NCBI GenBank assembly: GCA_963846575.1
Contig: CAWJWJ010000002.1
Location: 192,001-256,000 of the forward strand
Length of the DNA: 64,000 nucleotides
Direction: 5' to 3'
Source: an uncultured Nitrospiraceae bacterium
GTDB lineage: Bacteria; Nitrospirota; Nitrospiria; Nitrospirales; Nitrospiraceae
Both the position numbers and the translations under genes were made by a program. How positions within the stretch are numbered: position 1 is the stretch's first letter; each line of letters begins with the position of its first letter. The notes beneath the pieces are model-generated. The model saw only the letters and a program-made list of their open reading frames with translations. It had not been told where the DNA came from and did not search any database. Below are positions 32,941 to 44,497 of this stretch, piece by piece.

Positions 32941-33737
32941 AATCATCAGCTATGCGAGCGCCATTCAACAAGGGGCATCGGAAGCGGCAAGCGATGTATC
33001 TGATTCCTAATCTCTGCACCACGGGCAATTTATTTTGCGGTGTTTTTGCCATCTTGTCGGTGTTTAACGGCCAGCATCTGGCCGCCGCGATCGCGATTCT
33101 GGTTGGCATGATCTTCGACATGTTAGACGGAAAGTTAGCTCGCCTGACGAATAGTACCGGCCAATTCGGGATCGAATATGATTCGCTCTCCGATGTCGTG
33201 TCATTCGGTGTCGCCCCTGGTGTTCTTATCTACTCCTATGCCTTGAGTGGCCAGGGGATGTTCGGAGTGGCAGTCATGTTTGCGTATGTGGCCATGGGAG
33301 CGGTGCGTCTCGCTCGATTCAATGCCACGGTCAGCACTTCGGACAGCAAGTATTTCACAGGCTTGGCTATTCCCGCAGCAGCCGGTGTTATTGCCTCGCT
33401 GGTGATTTTCGATCTCCACATCACCCAGATGGGCGCCGAGCTAAAGCCGGTTTTGATTCTGGTGATTACATTCTCACTTGCGTTTTTGATGGTGAGCACG
33501 ATCAAGTATCGGAGCTTCAAGGACATGAAGTTCAGGCGGGGCGATCACTTCACCTACCTGGTATGGGGCATTCTTGCCCTTATGTTGATTGTGGCCTGGC
33601 CGCAGGCTATGTTGTTTGTGACGTTCGCGGGTTACGCCTTGTCCGGCCCCGTTGCCCGGTTATGGACGGTGATGGCCAAGAGCACCGGAAAGCAGGCCGT
33701 GAAGCCTGAGACGCCGATTCTTGATACGAGAGAGTAG
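32937..33737 (+). CDS. pssA: CDP-diacylglycerol--serine O-phosphatidyltransferase
   Basis: IPN..T, DMLDGKLAR...FG.EYDSLSD, RLARFN. Confidence 0.93.
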   Translation: MKSSAMRAPFNKGHRKRQAMYLIPNLCTTGNLFCGVFAILSVFNGQHLAAAIAILVGMIFDMLDGKLARLTNSTGQFGIEYDSLSDVVSFGVAPGVLIYSYALSGQGMFGVAVMFAYVAMGAVRLARFNATVSTSDSKYFTGLAIPAAAGVIASLVIFDLHITQMGAELKPVLILVITFSLAFLMVSTIKYRSFKDMKFRRGDHFTYLVWGILALMLIVAWPQAMLFVTFAGYALSGPVARLWTVMAKSTGKQAVKPETPILDTRE

Positions 33738-33740
33738 GAA

Positions 33741-33996
33741 AGGCTGTGATGAGGAGTAGTAGGCGGAACTCACCGAATCGAGAGAGCTGGTGGATGGTGC
33801 AAACCAGCCGGTGAGCTGCCGAACTCGCCTCTGAGCTGGACTTGTGAAGCCACGGTGGCGGTAGTAAGTCCCGAGTGGTCCACGTCACGGACGGAATTGA
33901 GGGCGGTCGGGTGGTATGGTCCATCCGCTGCTGAATCAGGGTGGTACCACGAAGTTCGCAAGGCCTTCGTCCCTGTCCAGGGCGGAGGCTTTTTTA
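33741..33996 (+). promoter_or_regulatory. T-box riboswitch (Leu specifier CUC) with intrinsic terminator
   Basis: Stem I with AGAGA and GGTGCAA loops, specifier GAA-CTC-G (33824-33826), T-box AATCAGGGTGGTACCACG (33934-33951), terminator GCCTTCGTCCCTG..CAGGGCGGAGGC-TTTTTT; upstream of leuA. Confidence 0.92.
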
Positions 33997-34001
33997 TTTG
34001 T

Positions 34002-34124
34002 AGAATGCTGAAACAGGTGTCCGGCGGCGTTCTCGGCGAGGAAACAGCCTCGACGTACCACATGGGTACGCTTTCGTTGAAGCCTTCGCCTGCGGCTTTG
34101 CCAGGTGACCCGTATGAGCGTTCT
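34002..34124. repeat. Possible degenerate REP-like intergenic element
   Basis: Imperfect terminal inverted repeats AGAATGCT/AGCGTTCT and central CGTACC...GGTACG; resembles, from recollection only, a dispersed Nitrospira intergenic repeat; single copy in this window. Confidence 0.4.
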
Positions 34125-34157
34125 GTCAAGTGCTGCTAATCGAACAGGAGGTACGCC

Positions 34158-35705
34158 ATGACCAGGATGATCAGAATATTCGACACGACGTTGCGGGATG
34201 GCGAACAATCGCCGGGGGCGAGCATGAACGTCGAAGAGAAACTTATGATCGCCAAGCAACTGGCCCGCCTCGGCGTGGATATCATTGAAGCTGGGTTTGC
34301 CTTCAGCTCGCCGGGAGACTTTGAGGCGGTGCGTCGAATCGCGCAGGAAGTGGAAGGGCCGGTAGTCTGCAGCCTTGCCCGGGCGAGACCAGAAGATATT
34401 AAGAGGGCTCACGAAGCGCTTCAGGGCGCTCCAAAGGTCCGGATCCATACATTCCTTTCTACCTCAGATATCCACCTCAAGCATCAGTTTCGCATGACGC
34501 GGGAAGAGGCGAAGCGACGTGCGGTGGAAATGGTGCAATTGGCGCGTACCTATGTTGACGATGTGGAATTTTCTCCCATGGATGCGAGCCGATCCGATCC
34601 GGAGTACCTGTGCGAGGTAATCGAAGCAGTTATTGCGGCAGGTGCTGGAACGGTCAATATTCCCGACACCGTGGGCTACGCTAACCCACAGGAATTTGGT
34701 GGCCTCATCAAGCGAATCAAGGACAGGGTGCCGAACAGCGGGCAGGCGGTGATTTCCGTCCATTGTCACAATGATTTGGGATTGGCGGTCGCCAATAGCC
34801 TCGCCGCGGTCATGGCGGGGGCGGGCCAGGTGGAATGTACGATCAATGGCATTGGCGAGCGCGCTGGCAACACCTCCCTCGAGGAGGTGGTGATGGGGCT
34901 CCGAACGCGCAAGGACTGGTACGGCGCCGATACCGAGGTCGCGACCGAAGAGATTTCAAAAACGAGCCGCTTGGTCAGCAAGATCACCGGCATGGTGATT
35001 CAGCCGAACAAGGCGATTGTCGGCGCGAATGCGTTTGCACATACCTCCGGGATTCACCAGGACGGACTGCTGAAGGACAAGACGACGTACGAGATCATGC
35101 GGCCGGAATCCATTGGACTCGAGCAGAATAAGTTGGTAATGGGGAAGTTGTCCGGTCGCCATGCGTTTCGTCAACGATTGGACGATCTGGGTTACAAATT
35201 AACCGAAGAAGAGGTCAATCACGCCTTTGAGCGATTCAAACGCCTGGCTGACCAGAAAAAAGAGATTTACGAAGAAGACCTCGAAGTCATCGTGTCTGAA
35301 GAAGTGGCCAAAATGTCCGAACGAATGGTGTTGAGATCGTTTGAAGTTGAAAGTGGCACCAACAAGATTCCCAAAGCCACGGTAGTTCTTGAAATCGATG
35401 GCAGGTCGATGACCGGCAGCGGGACAGGTGACGGCCCGGTGGATGCGGTTTATCGGACCATCGCTGCCATGACGCAGACGAAAAGCAAACTCCTGATGTT
35501 CGGGGTCAATGCTATTACCGGTGGCACGGATGCCCAAGGAGAGGTGTCTGTGCGACTGGAGGAAGACGGCCGGACGGTGTCGGGTCATGGGTCTGATACG
35601 GACATCATTACCGCTTCGGCACGAGCCTACCTGAATGCCCTCAATAAGCTGGCCTATTTCGCCTCCAAACAAGCGGAGGGGATTCAGAAGGTCAGCTTGA
35701 TTTGA
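34158..35705 (+). CDS. leuA: 2-isopropylmalate synthase
   Basis: [34 protein letters not shown], regulatory domain GDGPVDA. Confidence 0.96.
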   Translation: MTRMIRIFDTTLRDGEQSPGASMNVEEKLMIAKQLARLGVDIIEAGFAFSSPGDFEAVRRIAQEVEGPVVCSLARARPEDIKRAHEALQGAPKVRIHTFLSTSDIHLKHQFRMTREEAKRRAVEMVQLARTYVDDVEFSPMDASRSDPEYLCEVIEAVIAAGAGTVNIPDTVGYANPQEFGGLIKRIKDRVPNSGQAVISVHCHNDLGLAVANSLAAVMAGAGQVECTINGIGERAGNTSLEEVVMGLRTRKDWYGADTEVATEEISKTSRLVSKITGMVIQPNKAIVGANAFAHTSGIHQDGLLKDKTTYEIMRPESIGLEQNKLVMGKLSGRHAFRQRLDDLGYKLTEEEVNHAFERFKRLADQKKEIYEEDLEVIVSEEVAKMSERMVLRSFEVESGTNKIPKATVVLEIDGRSMTGSGTGDGPVDAVYRTIAAMTQTKSKLLMFGVNAITGGTDAQGEVSVRLEEDGRTVSGHGSDTDIITASARAYLNALNKLAYFASKQAEGIQKVSLI

Positions 35706-35830
35706 TCTCCACCACCAAGGTAGATTCCTCAGTCCTGGCACGGCGCATCCCGGCGGGCCAGGACTAGTCGAAGTTTCCCGATGTCGCCCATTCGAAGGTC
35801 TCCGTGCGTGAGACAAGGCATCATGGCGTC

Positions 35831-36193
35831 ATGCTGAGTACGCATCTCAATCAATGCCCTGAGTTTGTGGCGGGTGACCAGACGAGGTTGCGCGAACTGC
35901 TGCATCCTGCGAAGGCATCCCTTGCACTAGGCTACAGCCTGGCGCACGGATTTCTGGATCCTGGCGAGCAGTCACATTGGCACCGCTTGAAGTCCTCGGA
36001 GGTCTACTATTTCATTGCCGGATCCGGCGTGATGAGGATCGAGACAGAAGCTGTGGCCGTCGAGGCAGGATCAGTCATTTATGTGCCGCCTGGCGCCAAA
36101 CAATCGCTGCAGAATAACGGTCCAGATCCGATTGAGTTCCTGTGTCTGGTCGATCCGGCCTGGAGGCTGGAGGATGAGGTCATCGTTGAATAG
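35831..36193 (+). CDS. Cupin domain protein
   Basis: H.L..SEVYY.I.G.G and IYVPPG...L.N.G cupin motifs. Confidence 0.82.
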   Translation: MLSTHLNQCPEFVAGDQTRLRELLHPAKASLALGYSLAHGFLDPGEQSHWHRLKSSEVYYFIAGSGVMRIETEAVAVEAGSVIYVPPGAKQSLQNNGPDPIEFLCLVDPAWRLEDEVIVE

Positions 36194-36211
36194 TCGAGAG
36201 GAGATGGACAG

Positions 36212-37288
36212 GTGAAAGCGAGAATCGCAGTCTTGGCCGGAGACGGCGTCGGTCGTGAAATTGTCCCAGAGGCCGTGAAGGTTTTGAAAACGGTGGCCGA
36301 GCGTTACGGCCATACGTTCGAATTTCTCGCCGGCGATGTCGGGGGTCATGCCCTCGATAAGGTCGGGGTGCCATTGCCGCAGGAGACGTTATCAATAGCC
36401 AAACAGAGCGATGCCGTTCTGCTAGGCGCGGTGGGTGGCCCCAAATGGGAAGGCTTGGAGTACAGTCTTCGCCCCGAGCGGGCACTACTGGGTTTGCGGG
36501 AACAACTTGGACTCTACGCGAATCTGCGACCGGCGAAACTCTATCCTATGCTCGCCGATGCCTCCACGCTACGCCGCGAGGTCATCGAGGGAATCGACAT
36601 CCTCGTGATCCGAGAACTGACCGGAGGGATATATTTCGGCAAGCCGAAGGGCATCGAAAAATTGGCCGGCGGAGGAGAACGCGGGTTCAATACCGAAGTC
36701 TATACGACGGATGAGATCCGTCGTATCGCCGTGGTGGCGTTCGATGCGGCACGTAAGCGTCGGAAGAAGGTCACTTCTGTGGATAAGGCCAATGTGCTGG
36801 AGTCGTCCGAATTGTGGCGCCGGGTGGTGACGGACGTGCAGAAAGACTATACGGACGTGGCCCTGAGCCACATCTATGTAGATAATTGCGCCATGCAACT
36901 GGTGCGTAATCCAAGGCAATTCGACGTCCTGCTGTGCAACAACATCTTCGGTGATATTTTGAGCGACGAAGCGGCCATGCTCACCGGTTCGATCGGTATG
37001 CTGCCATCCGCGAGCATTGGCGCGAAGGTAGGACTCTTCGAACCGATTCACGGTAGTGCGCCGGATATCGCGGGAAAAAATATCGCCAATCCGATTGCGA
37101 CGATTGCTTCAGCGGCGATGATGTTGTCCTACGCCTTCGGTCTTGAAAAAGAGGCGGACGCGATTGAACAGGCGATTGTTCAAGCGCTCGAACAAGGTCT
37201 TCGCACGAAGGACATTCATGCCGAGGGCATGCGACAGGTCAGCACTACGGAGATGGGCGATGCCATTGTGCGCAATCTGGCCCTGTGA
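36212..37288 (+). CDS. leuB: 3-isopropylmalate dehydrogenase
   Basis: [50 protein letters not shown]. Confidence 0.96.
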   Translation: MKARIAVLAGDGVGREIVPEAVKVLKTVAERYGHTFEFLAGDVGGHALDKVGVPLPQETLSIAKQSDAVLLGAVGGPKWEGLEYSLRPERALLGLREQLGLYANLRPAKLYPMLADASTLRREVIEGIDILVIRELTGGIYFGKPKGIEKLAGGGERGFNTEVYTTDEIRRIAVVAFDAARKRRKKVTSVDKANVLESSELWRRVVTDVQKDYTDVALSHIYVDNCAMQLVRNPRQFDVLLCNNIFGDILSDEAAMLTGSIGMLPSASIGAKVGLFEPIHGSAPDIAGKNIANPIATIASAAMMLSYAFGLEKEADAIEQAIVQALEQGLRTKDIHAEGMRQVSTTEMGDAIVRNLAL

Positions 37289-37294
37289 GTCACG

Positions 37295-38506
37295 ATGACA
37301 GGCGCGACGCAATCCGGGATGATTGGAACGGTGGCGGGCAACGGGGAGCCGGGGTACGCGGGAGATGGCGGGCCGGCCGCGGCGGCGTCGTTGAACGAGC
37401 CAAAAGGTCTCTGCGTCGACCGCGAGGGTAATCTATACATCGCGGATTCCGAAAACCATGTCGTGCGGCGCGTTGATCGGATGACGGGCGTCATCACGAC
37501 TGTGGCCGGCAGGATGGCTGGGAACAGGGTTGATCCGGCTCCATCGCGATCCGCAGCAGAAATGTCGTCAGCCGAGGATGATGATCCATTCGCCGACGCG
37601 TCGACTGACGCCACCAAGGCCTATACACAAGTCACCGATGTGAGCGGAACGGTGCGGTATGTGACTGGGGGACGGCTCACCGTTCAGCAGGATTCCGGAG
37701 ATGGTGGTCCTGCGCGTCAGGCACGGTTGAATTTTCCGAGCGCTCTGGCCGTCGATCGATCGGGGAACCTGTATGTGGCAGATACCATGAATCATCGGGT
37801 CAGAAAGGTCGAGGCGTCCACCGGTGTAATCACGACTGTGGCGGGGACAGGGCAGGCGCGTTATTCCGGAGACGGTGGCCCGGCGGCCCTTGCGGCACTC
37901 AATGAACCGACCGGCCTGGCAGTCAGTGAGGACGCGTTATACATTGCCGATCAAAGCAACAATCGAGTGCGTCGAGTGGAACTATCCACAGGGGTCATCA
38001 CGACCGTGGCTGGGGATGGAGCGGCTGCCTACAGTGGCGACGCAGTGTCTGCCGTGCAGGCCAGTCTCTCGGGACCTACTGGGGTGGCCGTATCGGAAGA
38101 GGGGCGGTTATACGTGGCGGACACCTTCAACAGCCGTATACGATCCGTGGATGCAACCACCGGGCTCATTACGACCGAGGTGGGAGATGGAGGAATGTAT
38201 CGTTATCAGGGGCCGGATGAGCCTAACTCGCTGAGTCTCTCCAGGCCTGCGGCGATCGCGGTGGGTCACGACGGGAAACTGTATTTGACCGATTCGGATA
38301 GCCACTTGATTCGGGTGTGGGATCCTCAGACGAAGACCGTGACCCGCGTCGCCGGGACGGGGGTGGCGCAATTTGGTGGAGACGGTGGGGAGGCCCTGTC
38401 GGCTAGTCTGAACTATCCGTTTGGCGTGGCAGTCGATTCGGCCGGAACCATTTATATCGCAGATACCTTTAACCACCGTATTAGAGTTTTGAGCGCAATC
38501 AGATGA
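37295..38506 (+). CDS. NHL-repeat beta-propeller protein
   Basis: About six repeats of GDGG.A..A.L..P.G.AV...G.LY.AD..N.R.R. Confidence 0.9.
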   Translation: MTGATQSGMIGTVAGNGEPGYAGDGGPAAAASLNEPKGLCVDREGNLYIADSENHVVRRVDRMTGVITTVAGRMAGNRVDPAPSRSAAEMSSAEDDDPFADASTDATKAYTQVTDVSGTVRYVTGGRLTVQQDSGDGGPARQARLNFPSALAVDRSGNLYVADTMNHRVRKVEASTGVITTVAGTGQARYSGDGGPAALAALNEPTGLAVSEDALYIADQSNNRVRRVELSTGVITTVAGDGAAAYSGDAVSAVQASLSGPTGVAVSEEGRLYVADTFNSRIRSVDATTGLITTEVGDGGMYRYQGPDEPNSLSLSRPAAIAVGHDGKLYLTDSDSHLIRVWDPQTKTVTRVAGTGVAQFGGDGGEALSASLNYPFGVAVDSAGTIYIADTFNHRIRVLSAIR

Positions 38507-38516
38507 GGACGGCATC

Positions 38517-39536
38517 ATGTTGAAGAAGAAAAAGACCTATACGGTGGCGGTGCTGGGCGCCACTGGGGCCGTCGGGAAAGAAAGCCTCGAGATCCTGGAG
38601 GAACGCAACTTTCCCCTGGAGACGCTACGCCTGTTCTCATCCAAACGGTCGGCGGGGGAGGTCTTGTCCTGTCAGGGGAAAGAGTACAAGGTCGAGGAGT
38701 TGACGGAATCGTCCTCCTTTGCCGGTGTGGACATCGCCTTTGTGTCCGCGACGGATGCCATCAGCCGGGACTATGGCGCCCGGTTGGGTGCGGCGGGCGT
38801 CGTTGTCATCGACGACAGCGCGGTGTTCCGCATGGACGGGGATGTCCCGCTCGTGGTGCCCGAGGTCAATGCGTCCGCTCTGCGATCGATGAAGCGCGGT
38901 ATTGTGGCCATTCCCAATTGCACAACGACTCCCCTCGTCATGGCGCTCAAACCGCTTCGCGACGCCGCCGGCATCAAGCGGGTCGTGGTGACGACCTTTC
39001 AGTCGGTTTCCGGAACAGGCTCTGCAGCCATGGATGAACTGGTCGACCAGACGAAGGCACTGATCTCCTTCCAGGATGTGAAAGTCCAGGTGTATCCGTA
39101 TCAAATCGCGTTCAATCTCCTCCCCGCTGTCGGGTCGTTCGGTGAGGGTGGCGACTGCTCGGAAGAGGTCAAGATCGTGCGGGAGACTCGAAAGATCCTC
39201 GACATGCCCTCTCTGCGCGTGACTGCAACGACGGTGCGGGTGCCTGTGTTGCGATGTCATTCCGAGGCCGTCAATGTGGAACTTGAACGGCCCTTGAAGG
39301 TGAATGATGCGCGCGCAGCCCTCGCGGAGATGCCGGGGGTCATTGTGTATGACGATCCGCTGAAAAAGCTCTATCCCATGCCGTTTGATGTGTCAGGCAA
39401 GGACGAGGTGTATGTCGGGCGTATTCGCGAGGATGAATCCATCACCAATGGTTTGAATATGTGGGTGGTGAGCGACAACCTCCGTAAGGGTGCCGCTCTC
39501 AATGCCGTTCAAATTGCCGAATGTCTGATACAATGA
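38517..39536 (+). CDS. asd: Aspartate-semialdehyde dehydrogenase
   Basis: GATGAVG, VPEVN, PNCTT, QSVSG.G, VRVPV...HSE, DNLRKGAA. Confidence 0.95.
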   Translation: MLKKKKTYTVAVLGATGAVGKESLEILEERNFPLETLRLFSSKRSAGEVLSCQGKEYKVEELTESSSFAGVDIAFVSATDAISRDYGARLGAAGVVVIDDSAVFRMDGDVPLVVPEVNASALRSMKRGIVAIPNCTTTPLVMALKPLRDAAGIKRVVVTTFQSVSGTGSAAMDELVDQTKALISFQDVKVQVYPYQIAFNLLPAVGSFGEGGDCSEEVKIVRETRKILDMPSLRVTATTVRVPVLRCHSEAVNVELERPLKVNDARAALAEMPGVIVYDDPLKKLYPMPFDVSGKDEVYVGRIREDESITNGLNMWVVSDNLRKGAALNAVQIAECLIQ

Positions 39537-39539
39537 ACG

Positions 39540-39794
39540 ATGGGTCTGTGGAGCGGTGCGGGACGATGGTTGATCCTGGTTGGACTGAGCCTGGCCGCGA
39601 TCGGAGTGCTCCTGGCGCTGGCAGAGAAATGGCCTAGTGTCGGGTCCGCGTTCAATTGGGTTGGTAAATTGCCCGGCGATCTTTCGATCAAGCGCGATGG
39701 ATTCAGCATCTATGTCCCGATCGCAACGAGTCTGGTATTCAGTCTTCTCTTGAGCCTTGTGTTCTATGTTCTCTCATGGCTCTTTCGCCGCTGA
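39540..39794 (+). CDS. DUF2905-like small membrane protein
   Basis: G.LPGD..I......Y.PI.TS pattern with two hydrophobic segments. Confidence 0.8.
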   Translation: MGLWSGAGRWLILVGLSLAAIGVLLALAEKWPSVGSAFNWVGKLPGDLSIKRDGFSIYVPIATSLVFSLLLSLVFYVLSWLFRR

Positions 39795-41035
39795 TTCAAT
39801 ATAGAATCAAGATCTCGCCGATCATCGCGGGCGGCCTACTCCTGTGGTTTGCTTGCGCGCAGCCATCCTCCGCCGAAGTCATTCGGGTCTTGATGGCACA
39901 AGACGTTGTACTTTTAGAGGCGAGTTCCGACGGAAACCTGGCCATGGTGGATCAGGCCGGCGAGACGAAAATCTTGCGATCCCCGATTCGTATCTCAACA
40001 CGGGGAGAGAGATTGCAAGTCGACAGCCGGCGTGTAGCCGGGGAGCAGGTGCTGATCCGCCCTCTCAAGGGCACGCTTTCCCTGAGGATGGTTCAAGCCG
40101 GTGGGTCCGGTTCAGGGACTCGACCAATAAGATCGGGGCCGGGCGGTGTAGTGATTGCTCAGAGGCCCGCCCTCCCGATCAGCGGAGTCGTCCGAGTCTT
40201 GCGTAAGGGGCCTACGCTCTCCATTCTGAATCAGGTCGATCTGGAAGAATACGTGAAGGGCGTGGTTCCCTCAGAGGTGAGTTCCACCTGGCATCCGGAA
40301 ATGTTAAAGGTCCAGGCGGTGGCGGCGCGAACGTATGCACTGTATAACAAGATGCTGAGCCCGGCGCGTGAATATGATGTGGTGGCGACCATCCAAGACC
40401 AGGTCTATCGCGGACGTTCCGGTGTGGACCACCGAGTCGAGGAGGCTGTGGAGTCGACCAGAGGCATCGTGGTCACGCATCTGAAAGCACCCATCTATGC
40501 TGCGTTTTCGTCGACAGCGGCGGGCCCGACGGAAGATGCCGTGAATGTGTGGGCGAACAAGGATCTGCCTTATCTTAAAGGTGTCGAATGTCCGTTCGAT
40601 ATTGAGTCGCCCTACTATCAGTGGAAAGCCAGCGTGAAGATAGATCAACTTGAGCAGAACCTACGGCGCCAGGGATTTTCCGTCGGAACAATCGCGACCA
40701 TCACTCCCATCGTCTATAGCCGTGCGGGCCGCGTGGCGCGGCTCCGGATTTTGCACTCGACCGGCGAGACGGTGTTGCGAGGGGAAGATCTTCGGAAGGC
40801 CGTGGGCTATACCGTCATCCCGAGTACTCAGTTCGAGGTCGCATCGATCGGCGCCGAGGTAGTCTTTACCGGGTATGGCGCGGGCCATGCTGTGGGGCTC
40901 TGTCAATGGGGCGCGAAGGAGTTGGCGGAACTCGGGTATTCGTACAAGAGTATCCTTCAGTACTATTATCCGGGGACTGAGTTGCATAATTCGGCCCTTT
41001 CACAGTTGATGGCACCGGCCATTCCAGCCCCCTGA
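39776..41035 (+). CDS. SpoIID/LytB domain protein
   Basis: LEEYVKGVVPSE, QAVAARTYA, DQVY.G, G.GH.VGLCQWGA, ILQYYYPG; start uncertain. Confidence 0.9.
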   Translation: MALSPLIQYRIKISPIIAGGLLLWFACAQPSSAEVIRVLMAQDVVLLEASSDGNLAMVDQAGETKILRSPIRISTRGERLQVDSRRVAGEQVLIRPLKGTLSLRMVQAGGSGSGTRPIRSGPGGVVIAQRPALPISGVVRVLRKGPTLSILNQVDLEEYVKGVVPSEVSSTWHPEMLKVQAVAARTYALYNKMLSPAREYDVVATIQDQVYRGRSGVDHRVEEAVESTRGIVVTHLKAPIYAAFSSTAAGPTEDAVNVWANKDLPYLKGVECPFDIESPYYQWKASVKIDQLEQNLRRQGFSVGTIATITPIVYSRAGRVARLRILHSTGETVLRGEDLRKAVGYTVIPSTQFEVASIGAEVVFTGYGAGHAVGLCQWGAKELAELGYSYKSILQYYYPGTELHNSALSQLMAPAIPAP

Positions 41036-42075
41036 TGCTGCTGAGCGAATTCGATTTTCCTTTTGATCCTCTGTTGGTGGCCGATCAACCAGTCATGCCG
41101 CGGGATCGGGCGCGGATGCTGGTGGTGGATCGTGCAATCGGCGTGCGGGCCCATCGTCAGGTGGCTGATCTTCCCTCACTTCTGCAGGCGGGCGACCTCG
41201 TGGTGGTGAATGACACGAAGGTTATGCCGGCGCGAGTGCAGGCTCAAGTTCGGTCCACGGGAAAGCTTACTGATTTGCTCTTTGTTCAAGAACTCGGGCA
41301 GGGCCTCTGGGAAGTGCTCATCAAGGGACGCTTCAGGCTTGGCTCGATAGTGGAGTTCCCGGACGGCGGCGTGGGGGAGATTGTGGAACGCAGCCAGCTC
41401 CGAACGACGCTGAGGGTTACGGGCCCGGTCAGTGTATACGAACTCATGCAGGCAGCGGGCAGCATGCCACTGCCACCCTACATCAAGCGCCTCCCGACAC
41501 AGGATGATCGGCAATGGTACCAAACCATGTTCGCTCGACAGGAGGGGGCAATCGCCGCACCCACGGCTGGTCTGCATTTTACGCCGGAATTGGTGCAGGC
41601 ATTGAAGGGAAAGGGAGTTGAGTTGGCGCGAGTCACCTTGCACGTCGGTCCGGGCACGTTTCGAAGCGTGAAGAGTGAGCAGATCGAAGAGCACCGTATG
41701 TTGCCCGAACGGGTCGAGGTGTCCGCTCAGGCGGTGGACCAGATTTGCCGAACGCGGGAGCGTGGCAATCGTGTGGTGGCAATCGGAACGACCGTGGTGC
41801 GCGCCCTGGAAACGGCCGCACGAGGTGCAACGGGCATTCGTCCATTTCAGGGATCGGCTGAGTTGTTCATCACGCCCGGGTTTGAATTCCAGGTCATTGA
41901 CGCCCTCATGACGAATTTTCATCTGCCGCGCACCACGTTGTTAATGTTGGTGTCGGCCCTCGTGGGAGTAGCCCCTCTCCGCGCCGCATATGAGGAAGCG
42001 GTGGCGCAGCGCTATCGGTTTTATAGTTACGGTGATGCGATGCTGGTCGGGACAGGATGGGCAGGTACTACATAA
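41035..42075 (+). CDS. queA: S-adenosylmethionine:tRNA ribosyltransferase-isomerase
   Basis: NDTKV.PAR, PLPPYI, AAPTAGLHF, LHVGPGTF, TNFHLP, YRFYSYGDAM. Confidence 0.95.
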   Translation: MLLSEFDFPFDPLLVADQPVMPRDRARMLVVDRAIGVRAHRQVADLPSLLQAGDLVVVNDTKVMPARVQAQVRSTGKLTDLLFVQELGQGLWEVLIKGRFRLGSIVEFPDGGVGEIVERSQLRTTLRVTGPVSVYELMQAAGSMPLPPYIKRLPTQDDRQWYQTMFARQEGAIAAPTAGLHFTPELVQALKGKGVELARVTLHVGPGTFRSVKSEQIEEHRMLPERVEVSAQAVDQICRTRERGNRVVAIGTTVVRALETAARGATGIRPFQGSAELFITPGFEFQVIDALMTNFHLPRTTLLMLVSALVGVAPLRAAYEEAVAQRYRFYSYGDAMLVGTGWAGTT

Positions 42076-42766
42076 GCTCTTTGTGAATCTTGACGGGCAC
42101 TTTGCTTTTCATCGATTCAGTGTAGGCCATCAAGGCGCGCTGCTGCTTCTGAAACAAGAAACTCTGAAAAATCCGCTCCTTGGCCGCATCTGCCTTGGCA
42201 GGATCCGATTCCCCCTGCCGGGTCACGAGAGCCTGCGCCTCTGAATACTCAGAGGGGGTGAGGGCGACCGCATCCATGACAACCAATCGAGCTTTATTGG
42301 TCAGAATGTCCTTGGCCTCCATGGCCTCGAACGACGAAGGAGTCAAATGGTTGGCCGCCAGCAGTCTGCGGTAGGCCTCGGGATCGAACGCCCCGTTCCG
42401 TTGGAACTCCGGTCGCTGCATGATGGCTTTGCGTAGGTCTTCATCCGAGACGGTGAGCCCCATATCCTTCGCCACATGCTGCCACATCCGATTGTCGATG
42501 AGTTGCTCCAGGACAAATTGTTTGAGGAATTCATCCTTGATGTCAGTCTGCCCTTTGTCCTTGTAGAAGCGATACGTATTTTCATAGGCGCGGCGAAATT
42601 CATCCAGCGGGACCAACTGGTCTCCGACGGAGGCAACGACATTGCCGCTTTGCTGGCCGAATCCCCACCAGCCCATGGTAATGACGAATGCCAGGGCGAG
42701 AATGCCCATGATGGACTTGAGAAACCACGGATAGTCATGTGCCGCTTCGCGTAACAGTTTAATCAT
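42068..42766 (-). CDS. SurA/PpiD N-terminal-domain membrane-anchored chaperone-like protein
   Basis: N-terminal TM, VASVG...EF..AY, L..LID..., G.TVSDE.L..AI...PEFQ.NG.FD...Y; no rotamase domain. Confidence 0.75.
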   Translation of the reverse strand: MIKLLREAAHDYPWFLKSIMGILALAFVITMGWWGFGQQSGNVVASVGDQLVPLDEFRRAYENTYRFYKDKGQTDIKDEFLKQFVLEQLIDNRMWQHVAKDMGLTVSDEDLRKAIMQRPEFQRNGAFDPEAYRRLLAANHLTPSSFEAMEAKDILTNKARLVVMDAVALTPSEYSEAQALVTRQGESDPAKADAAKERIFQSFLFQKQQRALMAYTESMKSKVPVKIHKELM

Positions 42767-42927
42767 TCGGATCGCCTCTTGTGGGCAAGGTTTCGTGGAT
42801 TCTACTCAGGCGCTGACAAGAAAGGCAAGGCCAAGTGGAAGGGCGATTGGGGTCGGGTGAGATTGCGACTTTGTTTGTGCGGATCAGCGAGATTTGCTAT
42901 AGTGTGAACCAGTCGGGGAGATCTTCA

Positions 42928-43386
42928 TTGGCGGAAGAGGCAACCGGGCAAAGCCCACTGGAACTGGGCGTTTATCCGAAAGCCCAGGTGCTGAATCGGT
43001 TCATCGCGAAGCTGATCGATCTCCTGATTGTCGCTGCGGCAAGTAAACTGGTCCCGCCGGTTGGTGTTATCGCCGGATTGGCCTACATATTGCTGGCCGA
43101 CGGGTTTGGCGGCGGTCGCAGTGTTGGAAAGCGACTGATAGGGCTACAAACTATTGTGCCTCGCACGCGGGAGCCTGCAGGATTTCGTGAGTCTATTGTT
43201 CGCAATCTACCCTGTGCTCTCGCCCAGCTGGCGTTCGAAATACCTTATGTAGGATGGATGGGGTGGGGCGCAGTACTCTCGCTTGAAGCGCTACTCGTGA
43301 TCGGGAATGAACAGGGTCGGCGGTTAGGGGACGAGATTGCGAAGACCCAGGTGCTGGAGAGTGGACAGCTGGATGTGTCGGATTAG
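42928..43386 (+). CDS. RDD family membrane protein
   Basis: R..A.LID, GRSVGK..IGL, RN, RRLGD..A.T.V; TTG start after GGGGAG. Confidence 0.8.
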   Translation: MAEEATGQSPLELGVYPKAQVLNRFIAKLIDLLIVAAASKLVPPVGVIAGLAYILLADGFGGGRSVGKRLIGLQTIVPRTREPAGFRESIVRNLPCALAQLAFEIPYVGWMGWGAVLSLEALLVIGNEQGRRLGDEIAKTQVLESGQLDVSD

Positions 43387-43404
43387 TGAAGACGTCGTTG
43401 TTGA

Positions 43405-44484
<1,080 letters not shown>

Positions 44485-44497
44485 GCTCCATCCCTGG

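Noticed and set aside
33770..34139. ORFs in the pssA-leuA gap as a leader peptide
   Set aside because: No Leu-codon run; region explained by the T-box and the palindromic element
37295..38506. Repetitive DNA as a possible CRISPR or tandem repeat
   Set aside because: Degenerate in-frame NHL protein repeats; no identical repeats with spacers and no cas genes
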